NCBI RefSeq assembly: GCF_004010195.1
Contig: NC_057718.1
Location: 62,728,311 to 62,792,310 of the forward strand
DNA from: Chiloscyllium plagiosum
Taxonomy: Eukaryota
Reading direction: 5' to 3'
DNA length: 64,000 bases
Each line of letters opens with the position of its first letter. Within the stretch, counting starts at the first letter, position 1. The notes under the pieces were generated by a model. It did no database searches. It saw only the letters and a program-made list of their open reading frames with translations, and was not told the DNA's origin. Shown here piece by piece: positions 25,479 through 38,632 of the stretch. The position numbers were made by a program, and so were the translations under genes.

Positions 25479-25721
25479 TTGAATTTGACTTGATGCCATG
25501 AAATTTCATTGGGGCCACCGTCAAATGTTAAGGTTACTAATGATGATTCCCTCACGACTCTCTCTTACTGTGCTGCTAATGGGAAAGGACAAACAGGGAT
25601 GGTAATGCTGTTGTCTGGTTGCTGTTTGTAAGCTATGATTCCATGAATCTAGTTCCAGAGACAGGTCTCCTTATTTGAACACGAGGCCACGGATATTGCA
25701 CTCCAAGGTCTTTGGTCAACA

Positions 25722-26760
25722 ACACAGGAGCAGAATTAAGCCACGTGGCCCAACGGAACTGCTCCAACAATTGATCATGGCTGAAAGGTTTCTCATACCC
25801 ATTCTCCTCTTTTAACCTTTAATTCCCTTTCTAATTAAGGACCTATCACTGTCTTAAATACATTCAATGATTTGGCCAACACAGCATTACATAGATTCAC
25901 CACCCTCTGGCTAAAGAAATTCCTCCTCATCACAGTTTCAAAGGGTTGTCCCTTCAATCTGAGGCTGTGCCCCCAGGTTCTAGTTTCTCATATTAGTGGA
26001 AGTATCTCTATTTCTACTCTGGGCAGGACTCCGTATTCCGTGAGATCCTCCCCACACCTCACCTCAGCCTTCTAAACTTCATCAAGTAGAGTCAAGAGTC
26101 CCCAATCACTTCTCTTATGACAAGCCCTTCATCCCTGCAATCCTTCTTGCAAACCTCCTCTGAATCCCCTCTACTGCCAACAAATCCTTTTTAAGATTTG
26201 AGACCCAAAACTGCTCTCAATATTCCAAATTCAATCTGATCAGAGCCTTATACAGCCTCAGCAGCACATCCCTGCTTTAGTATTCGACCCCTCATGAAAT
26301 GAATACTAGCATTGCATTCACATTCCTAAATGCCAAATGAACCTGCGTGTTAACATTAAGAAAATCCTGAGCTAAGACTCCCAAGTCCCTTTGCGCTTCA
26401 GACTTCCAAAGCCTTTCCTCATTTAGAAAGGAGTGTACACTTCTATTGTTCCTAATAAAGTGCATAACTTCACACTTTCCCACATGGTATTCCATCTGTC
26501 ATTTCTTTGCCCACTCTCCTGCCCTGTCCAAGTTACGTCTGCAGTCTCCTCACTACTACCAGTCCCTCCACTTATCTGCGCCTCACCTGCAAACCTAGCA
26601 ACGTTATCCTCAGTCCCTTTGTCCAAATCATTAATGTCTAACATAAGCAATGTGGTCTCAACATTGACCTCTGTTGCGGTCACTAGCTGCCATCCTGAAA
26701 AAGTCTCCTTTATCCCCACTGTCTGCCTTCTGTTAGTCAGCTAATCTTCCATCCATGCCA
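25722..26760 (-). mobile_element. CR1 LINE 3' fragment
   Basis: ORF 26292..26495 MEYHVGKCEVMHF...QRDLGV. Confidence 0.85.
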
Positions 26761-27717
26761 GAAGTTGATAAACTCTAACTAGTTTGGTGTCACAAGGATC
26801 ATTGCTGGAAGCTTCGATTATTTAGAACCCATATTGATAACCCAGATGAAGAAACTAACCTTACGAAAGGAAAGTTTGCTGGTGACAAAGACTGGTAGGA
26901 AAGCAAACAATTAGCAAGGAGATACAGACAGATTAAATAAGCAGGTATTAAATAAGTCTATTGGTACAAACATGTGGATGAAGACAGTTAGCATGCTATC
27001 TGCTTGCACGTGCTACTTCGCTTCACATTTTGTGCCCACAAAGCCGGTTAACAGCATTTAATAAAAAAGCCAAAGTACAAGTTTCTCTTCATCAAGAGCG
27101 TGTCTGTTTGCCAAGATCTCCTTATAATAGCACGTTGAAAGTTTAGCCCTCTTCATCCAAGCTAAAGTTTCAGAGAATATTTAGTCTTCAGATATGCAGT
27201 GTGCAGGCCCAAACTTTCAGCTCTGGGAAAATGGTTCCATTTCCATTTAAATACCTCAGGAAAACTGAAAGTTAAAGCAGTAAACACTGACAAAATATCT
27301 GGAGTGGAGCCCAAGGACAAACTGATAATTAAATGTCACCTTTTTACAACTCCTGTTACCAATCCAGTACAAAGTCTGCTTCATGTTCCTTTGGACTCAA
27401 CCTGGAAGGTTGTGCTGGCGACCCTGATGTTTGGACAGTTCAGGGTCCATATAAATTTTGCCCAAGTTTGCTCCATGGAGAAGACACTCCAGTTTTGTTG
27501 TAGAGTTTAAGGAAGGTGACCATCATAATGCAAACTATCACCTCACTGGCTGCCATCAATGAGTTTACAACAACTTGGCAGACAGAGTACAAGATGGGAA
27601 AATGCAAAGGGAAGAACAGAAAAGCAGAATATTTTTTAAATGGAAAAACACAAATAATTCTGTGATAGAGGGATCTGGTGCTTTTGATCATGGAATATAA
27701 AACTTTAGCATACAAGT

Positions 27718-28068
27718 AGGTGGCACGGTGGCTCAGTGGGTGGGTGGCACGGCGGCTCAGTGGTTAGCACTGCTGCCTCACAGCGCCAGAGACCCGGGTT
27801 CAATTCCCGCCTCAGGCGACTGACTGTGTGGAGTTTGCACGTTCTCCCCGTGTCTGCGTGGGTTTCCTCCGGGTGCTCCGGTTTCCTCCCACAATCCAAA
27901 AATGTGCAGGTTAGGTGAATTGGCCATGCTAAATTGCCTGTAGTGTTAGGTGTAGGGGTAAATGTAGGAGAATGGGTCTGGGTGGGTTACGCTTCGGCGG
28001 GTCGGTGTGGACTTGTTGGGCCGAAGGGCCTGTTTCCACACTGTAAGTAATCTAATCTAATGTAATCT
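27718..28068 (+). mobile_element. Young full-length HE1-type SINE with duplicated head, inserted in a CR1 remnant (about 27560-28500)
   Basis: A box tggctcagtgg, B box ggttcaattcc, CpG-rich, (taatc)n tail. Confidence 0.92.
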
Positions 28069-28903
28069 AAAGTAATTAGGAAAACAAATGGAAGGTTGGC
28101 CTTTATGCAAGGGGAATGGACATTAAAATAGGGACGTCTTGTTATAACTAAACAGGCATTGTTGACTACAGCCAGAGTAAAGTTTTGGTCATCTCACTTA
28201 TGGAAGGATATATTAACTGGAAGGCAGTTCACCACAAGTTGGCAAGTTTGGTTCCTGGGATAAAGGGGTTGTTTTACAGGCAAAGATTGAGTAGGTTGAG
28301 CTGATTTAGATCTTAGTGAATCATACAAGGTTTGAGGCATCTTTAGAAAGAGGTTTTTGAATATGTTCAGTGTTGAGTTAGACATATCTTTGATTGACAA
28401 GTTAAGGGTTACAGGTGGACAGGCAGGACTATAGAATTAAGCATACAATCAGAGCTGCCATGATCTTCTTGAATGAGCGGGTTTGTGAAGTATACTCCTG
28501 CTCTGATAGGCAGGCCTGCTACAAATCTCAACAAAATGATCCACATGCGGCATCTGGTATTTATCACCACTGGACTGTGTTTGAAAGCTTTTAGTTGTTA
28601 TCAAAACGAACATGTATATATTTATAGGGGAATTAAATATTTACAAAGTATTAGTACATCTAAAGAAATTCATGTATATCATCAAAATTAAATGACCTGT
28701 AACTCTAGAGCTAAGCTCATAAGAGATCAGGAAAGGAATCTGACAGGCATTCAGAATATAATAAAATTGAATAAAATACATTTTTCTGAATACATTCTAT
28801 TAACAGTTATGACATTCTTGTTTTGGACATTCTTAAATGATGTTTGATTTCTGTACATACAGTGAGATACAGCTAGACATGGAGGAAATACTACAACAAT
28901 GCG

Positions 28904-29210
28904 GCACGGTGGCACAGTGGTTCGCACTGCTGCCTCACAGCGCCAGAGACCCAGGTTCAATTCCCGCCTCAGGTGACTGTGTGGAGTTTGCACATTCTCC
29001 CAGCATCTGTGTGGGTTCCCTCTGGGTGCTCCGGTTTCCTCCCACAGTCCAAAAATGTGTAGGTTAGGTGAACTGGTCATGCTAAATTGCCCATAGTGTT
29101 AGGTGAAGGGGTAAATGTAGGGGAATGGGTCTGGGTGGGTTGCGCTTCGGTGGGTCGGTGTGGACTTGTTAGGCCGAAGGGCCTGTTTCCACACTAAGTA
29201 ATCTAAAAAA
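28904..29210 (+). mobile_element. HE1-type SINE, full-length
   Basis: High identity to 27746-28055; aatgcg direct repeat at the flanks. Confidence 0.92.
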
Positions 29211-29609
29211 AATGCGTGGGGATAAAAGTTTTACAGTAGTTTATTATATTTCTCAACAGGCTTGTTAAACAATGGAATTTTCTTTGAAACAGTTATCGGG
29301 ATCAAAAAATGGGAATAATTCAGATTACTACAAAACTTGAATTGGAAAACTGACTTGCATAACCAGATCCGGAGATAGAAAATTAAGGCAATTGTTGCAG
29401 GATTTCAATGCATACAGCCCACAAATACATTAGCAATAATATCATTGAGTTTTAAACAATTGAACATTTACAATTTCCTGTTTAATTCTGTAACATGAAT
29501 GAAGAATAGGTTTTTGGCGCAATCCTATGCTGTCATTGAAATCTTATGCAAGGATTTTTAAAAGAAATAAAGAAATATATATCACCAGTTCTATGTCTAT
29601 TGACGATAC

Positions 29610-29658
29610 CTTGCCTCCTGTCAAGGCAGCCATGTCATTCTGTGACAACGTAAGGTGC
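29610..29658 (-). CDS. USP34: USP34 exon 15 (HLTLSQNDMAALTGGK)
   Basis: Peptide match; aaatag / gtatcg; 49 nt. Confidence 0.94.
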
Positions 29659-30146
29659 CTATTTTAAAAAAGACAGAATTAGAAAGTACAACTATTAGTG
29701 TTGAATACAGAATGTTAATACTGGGATATGACGCAAGTGTGTATACTTTAGTATTATAAATCTCCATTTCTTGATAAATAAAATGTTACATTTTATAAAA
29801 TTAAATTTAAAAAGTTGGACTTATTACTTTACTTTCAAATTCAAATGACTGCACTTGCAAACAGAAATACCACTGAATTTACAGCTCATATACAAATTAC
29901 CTATCCATGGCAATTTAATAAACACAGCTACTTTTTAAAAAATCCTCGAAACAAAGTAATTTAAAACAAACAGTTCATTTTTAAAATGGTTAAATATGTG
30001 CAAATAAAAAGACCAACACCGTCATAATTCTAAAATATAAAACAAATACTTCACTAGATACGTTTGCAAGGCTGTGGGGAAGGAACTGACAAACAGAAGT
30101 AATTGGAAAGCTCTTGCTCTGTGTGTCTACTATGCTTACGCCTTAC

Positions 30147-30298
30147 CTTTCAGACCGAGACTGTTCTACTAGAAGTGCAATCAAGGCTATCATCTTCTCC
30201 AATGCTGCAGGACGGTATTTCTCTTCTGTTAAAGATAAAATATCTTCCTCCTCCTCTTCTTCCTCACCCTCTTCTTCAGACAATACCTCAACTTGTGG
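30147..30298 (-). CDS. USP34: USP34 exon 14 (PQVEVLSEEEGEEEEEEEDILSLTEEKYRPAALEKMIALIALLVEQSRSE(R)); acidic tract
   Basis: Peptide match; ccccag / gtaagg; 152 nt; alternative upstream in-frame acceptors exist. Confidence 0.93.
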
Positions 30299-30740
30299 CT
30301 GGGGAAACTGCTAAAAAAAATCAAATACGTAAAAATATAAATGGCAAAGATTAGTTTTTTACAAATTGTCATTAAGAAGAATCATCTCTTCCCTGAGCCT
30401 GTAACTAATCATTAAAGCAATTTTTTGTATAATTTACTTAAAGGAATCACTGCAGTCAACTACAATGCATGAGCAAATGTTTTAGCACCATCTTATGTGC
30501 TGTAAAGAACAAACTAATTCAAAATGAAATATAACTTCAAAATTGATGGCAAAACTGATTCTATACACTCAAAAGAAACTCAACAAAATGTAAAATTAAA
30601 AACATAATGTTGGTAACTATAGCAAATTAGATTACATGGCTACCATAGTTTAGAACAAAACTATCATAATTTAGAGAAACTGCTACACAATATTACATTA
30701 TGAAGTTCAATTTTATTGTGAATGATTGAAAATTTCTTAC

Positions 30741-30815
30741 ATTCTCTGGTCCCTTTGTTCCCATGTAAAAATGTACCATTGTCGATATAGCTTGCAATGA
30801 CAAAAGAAACTGGCT
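30741..30815 (-). CDS. USP34: USP34 exon 13 (SQFLLSLQAISTMVHFYMGTKGPEN)
   Basis: Peptide match; tttcag / gtaaga; 75 nt. Confidence 0.95.
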
Positions 30816-30918
30816 CTGAAACAAATAAACAACAGTAGAGTTATGTGAAAAAATGGAGTGAAACATTTAATTGCTCCTCCCTTTAAAACTCCAAAGAATG
30901 AATATCTGTTTAAGTTAC

Positions 30919-31087
30919 CTCTTCCTCTCCCATTTTTGCAAACTCAAACAAGAATGCAAAATATTCAGTGAGATGTTTGCTGTGAGGTTTGACTCCATGT
31001 TCCATAATAGACAACAGCGTCTTCACAAATCTAGTTACACATGAACGGCTTCCAATATCTTCAACTGGACCATCCATGTCATCAGAG
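30919..31087 (-). CDS. USP34: USP34 exon 12 (SDDMDGPVEDIGSRSCVTRFVK...FEFAKMGEEE)
   Basis: Within ORF 30910..31152; ttgtag / gtaact; 169 nt. Confidence 0.95.
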
Positions 31088-31389
31088 CTACAAAGGCAGA
31101 GATCAAGGTATGTCAAAGACATTGTCCAAATCAGTGTAAAGTATTCAAACACAATAAAATCTTAAATACGGCAACAACTTTATAATTGCATCTAAACTTC
31201 TAAAATTAAAGATTTGAACCCTTTACAAATATTCACCTGAAAATGGAACCTCATAATTAACCACAAAATTGGTGTGATTTTCCATTTCTTAACTGTTAAA
31301 CTAGATTGAGACTCAATTGATCTGAGACAGTCATTGCACATAAATGTTTTCACTTATCCAAATATAATTTATATTTGTAAAGTAGTTCT

Positions 31390-32998
31390 ACAAATCAGTT
31401 GGTGAACCCAAAATAAATTGTATGAGGAGAATAAGAGTCCTTGACATTACGGTCACATTTGACCAAGTATGGCGCCAAGGAGCCCAAGCAAAACTGAAAT
31501 GAACGGGTATTGGGTGTGAACTCTTTGCTGGTTCAAGATATACCTGACGCATAGGATAATGATTGTGGTTGCTGGAGGTCAGGCATCGCTGTAGGACTTC
31601 CACAGGGTAGTGCTGTCAGCCCAACCATCTTTAGATGTTTCACCTACAACCTTCCCTCCTCTATATGGTCAAAAGTGGGAATGTTCAGCACCATTCACGA
31701 ATCCTCAGATATTGAAACAATCCATATTCAAATGCAACAAGATCTCGACAATATCCAGGCTTAGGCTAACAAGTAACATTCACATCACACAAATGCCAGG
31801 CTATGACATCTTCAATAAGAGAAAAATCTAACTACCACCTCTTGGCAATACTGAATTTCCCACTAACAACATCCTGGGGGTTACAAGTGACCCAAAACTC
31901 AACTGAACTTGCCATATAAACACAGCAGCTTTAACAAGAGTAGGTCAGAGGTAAGGAATAAGGCAGCGAGTAACTCACCTAATTATCACAAGACTATTAA
32001 TCGAAAGATCTAAAGCAGTTAATCGAAAACTCAACTGAACTTGCCATATAAACACAGCAGCTTTAACAAGAGTAGGTCAGAGGTAAGGAATAAGGCAGCG
32101 AGTAACTCACCTCCTAATTATCACAAGACTATTAATCGAAAGATCTAAGGGAAAGTTCTGGGTTCTGATCCTTGTTCAGATCTCACGTATGGCAGATGTC
32201 CTCATCTATAAGGCACAAGGCAGGATTGTGATGGAATGTTCCTCACTTGCCTAGATGAAAATGCTTGATACCATCCAGGACAAAGCAGCTCACTTGACTG
32301 GCACCACATCCATAAGCATCCACAGCCACCACTGACGCTCACCAGAAGCAGTGTGTACTATCAACTGCAGAAATTCACCAAAGATCTAAAGCACCTTCTA
32401 GACCCATGGTCACTTCCACCTAGAAGGACAAGGGGAGCAGATACATGGGAACAGCACTATCTGCAAGTTCTCCCCTCCAAGTCATTCATCATTGTGACTT
32501 GGAAATATTTCACCATTCATTAACTGCAAATGGAATTCTTTACCTAAGGGCATAGTTGGTCCACCTACAACACATGGACTGCAACAGTTCAAGAAGGCAG
32601 CTCACCACCATCCTCTGTAGCTCAGTGGTTAGCACTGCTGCCTCACAGCATCAGGGATCTAGGTTTGATTCCAGTCTCGGGTGACTGTCTGTGTGGAGTT
32701 TGCACATTCTCCCAGCTTTTTTGTAGGTGTCCTCCGGCTGCTCCGGTTTCCTTCCACAGTCCAAAGATGAGCAGGTCAGGTGATTTGGCTATGCTAAATT
32801 GTCCATAGTGTGACATACATTAGTCAGAGAGAAATGGGTCTGTGTAGATTACTTTTCGGAGGGTCGGTGTGGACTTGTTGGGTCGAAGGGCCTTTTTCCA
32901 CACTGTAGGGAATCTAATCTAATCTTTCAAGAGCAACTAGGAAGGCCAACATGTTGGCCAACCAGCCAGCAACATCCATGAGCCATTAGTGAAAAAAA
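31390..32998 (+). mobile_element. Non-LTR retrotransposon 3' fragment (CR1/L2-group, clade uncertain), rearranged and interrupted by a SINE
   Basis: AFDQVW, PQGSVL remnants; homologous copies at 37580-38632(+) and 42420-44045(-). Confidence 0.7.
32617..32925 (+). mobile_element. HE1-type SINE
   Basis: gctcagtggttagcactgctgcctcacagc head; aatctaatctaatct tail. Confidence 0.88.
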
Positions 32999-33919
32999 AT
33001 CACTTTCTGCCATATTTGATCATAGGATGTGGGCAATGCTGGTTAAGCCAGCAATTGTTACTGATTGGGGGTTAAAAGTCAACTATAAGCCGTGGGCCTG
33101 CAGTCACAGGGAGGCCAAACTATGTAAGGGTTGCAGTTTCTTTCTCCAGAGGACTTCAGTGAACCAGATATGTTTTGCCAACAATTGAAAATGGTTTCAG
33201 GCTCATCATTAGACTCTTAACTCCAGATTTTTTATTGCATTAAAACTTCAACATCTGCCATACGTGAGATCTGAACAAGGATCAGAACCCAGAACTTTCC
33301 CTTAGATCTTTCGATTAATAGTTTTGTGATAATGCCAATGCCTTTCCTTTCAATACAAACTTATGTAAGACAAGATTAGTGACATTAAGAAAGTCAGCAC
33401 TGCTTTCACAATACTTATTAATATACATAATTGAAGATGGAAAATCAATTCATATTTGGCAAGCAACAAATACTTGAGTAGATTCCTGTAGCTTCATTTT
33501 TCGTGAAAAGAAAACATTTCCAATTTTCAAATAATACCTTTTAAAAAAAAACAGAAATGTGCTAAACCTGACAACAGCAATAACCACTTCTATTAATTAC
33601 AAAATTTCACAACAAAAATTACAGATGGAGGCAAATATGAGCAACCAGACCTTATCTGAATAGTCAAAGCCTAAAAGAAAGTTTTCCACTGACTTTACAA
33701 GGCTAAATGTGATACCACTTCCCAAAATACAAAAGATGTAGCATGATCGATCAGGTTCTGACTATTAAACACATCTAGTAGCGTTTTCATTTTGTTTGAA
33801 TTTTACCAATGTAGTATAAAACTCTGCATTAATTACTGATGGGGAGAATCAAACATGCAACACTGCTTTGATCTGTTAAATAATGCGAAAGCAGTAAAGC
33901 CTATTGTTTCCTTCTGTAC

Positions 33920-34830
33920 CATAGAGTCATACAACACAGAGACAGGCCCTTTGGCACAAACTGGTCCATGCCGACCAAAATGTCCATCCACACTAATGCC
34001 ATTTCCCTGCACTTAACGTGTATCATCCTAATCCTTTCCTACCCATGTATTTATCCAAATGCCTTTTAAATGTTGTTAATGCACCCACCTCAACCACTTC
34101 CACTGACAGCTCATTCCATAAGCGTACCACCCTGTGTAAAAAAAGCTGCCTCTCGGGTTCCCTTTTATTCTTTCCCCTCTAACCTTAAACTGATGCCCTC
34201 TAGTCCTCAATTCCCCAACCCTAGGAAAAAGATGGAATGCATTCACCCTATCCATGCCTCTCATGATCTTGTACACCTCTATATGATTCCCCTCAGTCTC
34301 CTACACTCTAAAGAAAAAAAGTCCTAGATTGTCCAACCTCTCCCTATAACTCAGACCTTTGAGTCCAGGCAACATCTTTGTAAATTTCTTCTGTACTCTT
34401 TCCAGTTTAGTAACATCCTTCCTATAGCAAGGTGACCAAAACTGAACACAATACTCCAGTGCAGCCTCACCAATGTCCTGTACAACTGCAGCAGAACTTT
34501 CCAACTTCTATTACTCAATGCCCTGACTGATGAAGGCCAGGGTGCCTTCTTCGTTGCCCTGTCTACCTGTGACTCCACTTTCTGAGAACCATACACCTGA
34601 ATTCCACGGTCCCTCTGTCCCACTACACTCCTCAAAGGCCCTACCATTCACCATGAAACTCCTACCTTGATTTGCCTTTCTAAAACGCAAGACCTCACAC
34701 TTATCTATATTCAATTCTATTTGTCATTTCATCTCCTGCTGCAATTTCTGATAATCTTCCTCATGTCCACGATATTGCCTATTTTAGTGTCACCTGCAAA
34801 CTTACTAATCATGCCTTGTACATTTTCATC
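33920..34830 (-). mobile_element. CR1 LINE 3' fragment
   Basis: ORFs 34301..34504 (LEYCVQFWSPCYRKD) and 34076..34276. Confidence 0.9.
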
Positions 34831-35029
34831 GTCAAGATGACATGTTCCTGCTGGACCTTATCATAGTTTAAATCCCCCTCAGAAAAACCAAACACCACAA
34901 CACAACCAAGTAGGTGAAATCCACGAAAATAAGGATATGCAAGCTTTGCTGAAAAGCTTCTATCTCATGAGATGGTGAGATTGTAACTTTGTGTTAAAGC
35001 ATCCTGGGATATAGTTCAGGGGCTTATTC

Positions 35030-35350
35030 TACAAATGATAGTAAGACTTGAGAGGTGCAACATTTGCTAATATCCGTATTTTCTGGACCCTCTTTTCAGC
35101 CTTCTTCTCTTTCAATTTCTCCTTGCTTCTTTCAATGGCCCTCTAACTATTCGACCATCCAGAGGTTTCGCAATCTTCCAGTCACCCATGTCAATGTACA
35201 CCATATTCATGGCTCACTCGCAGTTTGATTTGAAGCAGAAATATGGATGCATAGGGGATCCAGACTTGGAGTCCAAGTCATCATGCAGTAGGTCTTAGGG
35301 TAGCAGAGATCTTTGGGAGCAGACTGTCAACCATGTGATGCACGTACCTG
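35030..35350 (-). mobile_element. RTE-clade LINE C-terminal remnant
   Basis: Minus translation VHHMVDSLLPK...LLHDDL...HPYFCFKSNCE...IDMGDW resembles the RTE HVxRMxDxRLPK..LYGEL..RPxxRFKD..IDxxxW pattern. Confidence 0.5.
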
Positions 35351-37579
35351 AGGCTTCACAAATGTAACTGGCTTTGTAGTAAGTTTATGCTGATGCAATT
35401 AGCACGCACGAAAACATCATTCCACAAATGAGATGTTGAGGATTTTAAAGTGTACTTCCATTCTTAAGATAGACAAGTACTAACTGAGAATTTCAGGTAG
35501 GGGATATCTGCAAGATGCTTCCTATTTTAAAAATGCGTTGCAACCATTTTTCCACAAAAATAATTCAGTAAGAATTACTTTTAATGCTTATTTTTTAAAA
35601 TGCAATGGTCCTCTCATGATTTTAAAACAAAACAGCTTGACAAAGATCAGTTTTATATAGCAAATTTGCTCCCCCCACCCCTGAGACAAAATAATAAATA
35701 ATCCATTGGCTTGCCTAGGGCTGGAGAATACATCTTGCCCAATGTGGTAGAAGATCCAAAGCTCTTAGCCCATTTTATGTGCAGAGAAGAAACCGATATT
35801 AAAATGGCAGCATAAAAATTTAAGTTAAAAAATATCCCATTAACACTGAGTCAGAGTCAGTTAAGTCAAGCAAAGCCAGTCACTGAAATGGGATAGTTGC
35901 TTGTTTATGAAGCACTGTGAAGACAAATTGTATCAACTGAATTAAGTCCGATTATTATTGTTCTATATGTTTGCTATATGTACAATAAAGCAACTTAATG
36001 ATTCAACCAAATCTCACCTCATCCAGTGTCAAGTGCCCCACTGGAGAGATGGAATAAATAAAAATGTATAAAACACTATGGTTCAAGACACAAATTGGGA
36101 TCAATTGTCACAACCTTCAGGTCACATTTCTGTGAAAGTTTAGGCAGAGTGAATAAATTCTAATAAAAGTAAGGCCTTTACAAAACAGACAGATGCTGCT
36201 GAACCACAAGCAAAAAGGTCCATTTTGCAGATTCTAATAAATATTAGCTAAACATGGGCAATGAGAATCAAATTATTTTCTCTCATCTAATATTCTAAGG
36301 ATTGAAGAAATTGATCGGAAAGGTTGGATTGTATTGAAAAATCTCCAAGACACAGGTCCATAATCATTTCTGAGGAACAAAATCAGAGTAAACTTTGATA
36401 GCAGAACCATAAATGGATTCACATCTGAGTATTCCACAAAATAAAAAGCAACTTTGCACTCAACAGGTACAAAAGAAAGAAAATAAACACCCAATTTTGA
36501 TGATGGCATTAATGTCTTACTTAGGGTTGGAATTATGGAGTAGCGAGTAGTTGTTGCAGCAAGTGGCAGTTTATTTTAAAAATCATTTATCTTTAGACCA
36601 GGAATTAGTATTGAGTTCTAGCTAAAACTGACACTATACATCATCACTGTGACACGCAACTGCTGTGATTACTTTCAGACCTAAAACTGGAGACTTTGAA
36701 GTGAAATCCTATAGGAAGGACATGTTTCATGAGGGAAAAGATGGAGATGTCACAAAATTCAACTTCACAATAAGGTAGAAGATCAGATTTACAAAATGAC
36801 AAAGACATGCAAATGGGAATTAATTAATTGTTAGACTCTGAACTCTCAGCAAGATGCTAGCACATTTCTTAATTATCAAATAGTCTGGAAATTTTTATTT
36901 TTAACCCTGATTTGGTATTTACATGGAATAGATTCTCATAAAAGCTGGCAGCACTGTATGAAAGAACCAGGTGAAAACCTGATGATTCACAAGATCTTTA
37001 CCCATGAAGAAAATGATCTGATCATTCTCAATCTATCCACCAGCATGCTAGCATCTCTCCCAGTGCAGCACCAAATTAATGAACTATTCCAGTATTATCA
37101 TCTCCACTTTATAACTGAAAATCTTGGGCAAATGAGGACATTTAGCCTTTAACAATTTTGACTTGTGATTAAAACCCACTCCCTCAAATCCATCTTCAGC
37201 ATATTTACCATCTCTTCCAAATTACAATCAGTTCTGAAGAAGGCTCACTGGACCTGAAAAGGTGACTTTGCTTTCTCTCCATAGATGCTGCCAGATCTAC
37301 TGAGTTTTGGCCCAACAATTTGCGTTTGTATACAATTCAACACTTTTGATATGGTTGAACATTGTTCTGCATATACGTAGAGTGAACTTTAGTGCCAAAT
37401 GATAGGTAGGAAGTAAAAAACAATTTAATGTCAAACCTGACCCAACACAGAAGAGCAACTAATCTACTTTTAGGAAAATAGTTTGTCAGTATGGTTTCTT
37501 TATCTTAATAGAATTTATTTTAAAATTAAAAGAGTCTGAACATTTGGTAACTACCTTAGTTTTAAATTTCTAGTCTATA

Positions 37580-38632
37580 CAGCCTATTGTGTGGAACTTT
37601 TACAACGTGCCTTTGTAAGTCATGGTAGACCATGTGGAGCTTGCTAATTCCACTGGTGTTGCAACTTCCTCCAAAAAATCAAGAAGGATGGTCACATAAG
37701 ATCTTCACTGCTTGAATCTATATCAAAATGATATGTCCCAATCATTCTCCTCTGTTTTTGCTATGCTCTGCTAACCATAAAGTGAGAAATGGGCTTGTTC
37801 ATTAATGATTGGTAATGAACATTCTGCATTGATGACTCCTCAGATATTGAAGGTGTCTATGTCCACATGCAGCAAAACCTGGAGTGATAAATAACATGAG
37901 GCATTCACACCACACAAGTGCCAATCAATCAGAATCTAGCCATCAACTCTTGACATTCAATGATATTTCTATTATTGTTCCCCGACTATCAATATCCTGG
38001 GCTTACTCGTGACCACAAAATGAACAGGATCAGCCATATAAATACTGTTGCTCAAGAACAGAACAGAGTCTGGAAATTCTGTAGCAAGTAACTCATTTTC
38101 TGAGTTTTCAAAGTATGTCCAAAGCATAAGGATAAAATAATCTTGCCTTGAGCAAGCTCTAAAAACTTAAAATAAATTTGATATCAGATAAGACAAAGCA
38201 ACCAACTTGATTAGCATTCCATTAATTGCCTTCAACATTCACTCCCTCTATCATTGATGCACAATGGCAGGAGTGAGTATTATCTACAAGATACACTGTA
38301 GTAAAATCACCAAGGCTGCTTCATCAGCATTTCTCAAACCCATAACCTCTACTACATAAAACGGTAAGTGCAGCAAATGCATGAGAACAACATTAGAGTG
38401 TTTCTCTCCAAGTTATGCACAATCCTCATTTGGAAGCAAACTGCCACTTCTTTACATACTAGTGTCAAAATCCTGGAACAAACCCCTTGCCCCCCCCTTC
38501 TCTCTAACAATGCTGCGAGTGTTCCTAAACCTTATGGACTAGAGGCACACCATCACCTATTCTGAGGACAATTTGGGATGGGCAATAAACGTTAGCCTAA
38601 ACAGTAATGCATATATCACAAGAATGAATAAA
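37580..38632 (+). mobile_element. Non-LTR retrotransposon 3' fragment (same family as 31390-32998)
   Basis: Colinear similarity; 3' end gggatgggcaataaa...aatgaataaa. Confidence 0.7.

Noticed and set aside
27744..27815. tRNA gene
   Set aside because: The tRNA-like head continues into the SINE body and tail; multiple dispersed copies
30103..30354. Plus-strand Ser/Pro-rich ORFs
   Set aside because: Antisense shadows of USP34 exon 14
31894..32148. Repeat-spacer-repeat as a CRISPR-like array
   Set aside because: Only two ~120-bp copies in a vertebrate intron; explained as a local duplication
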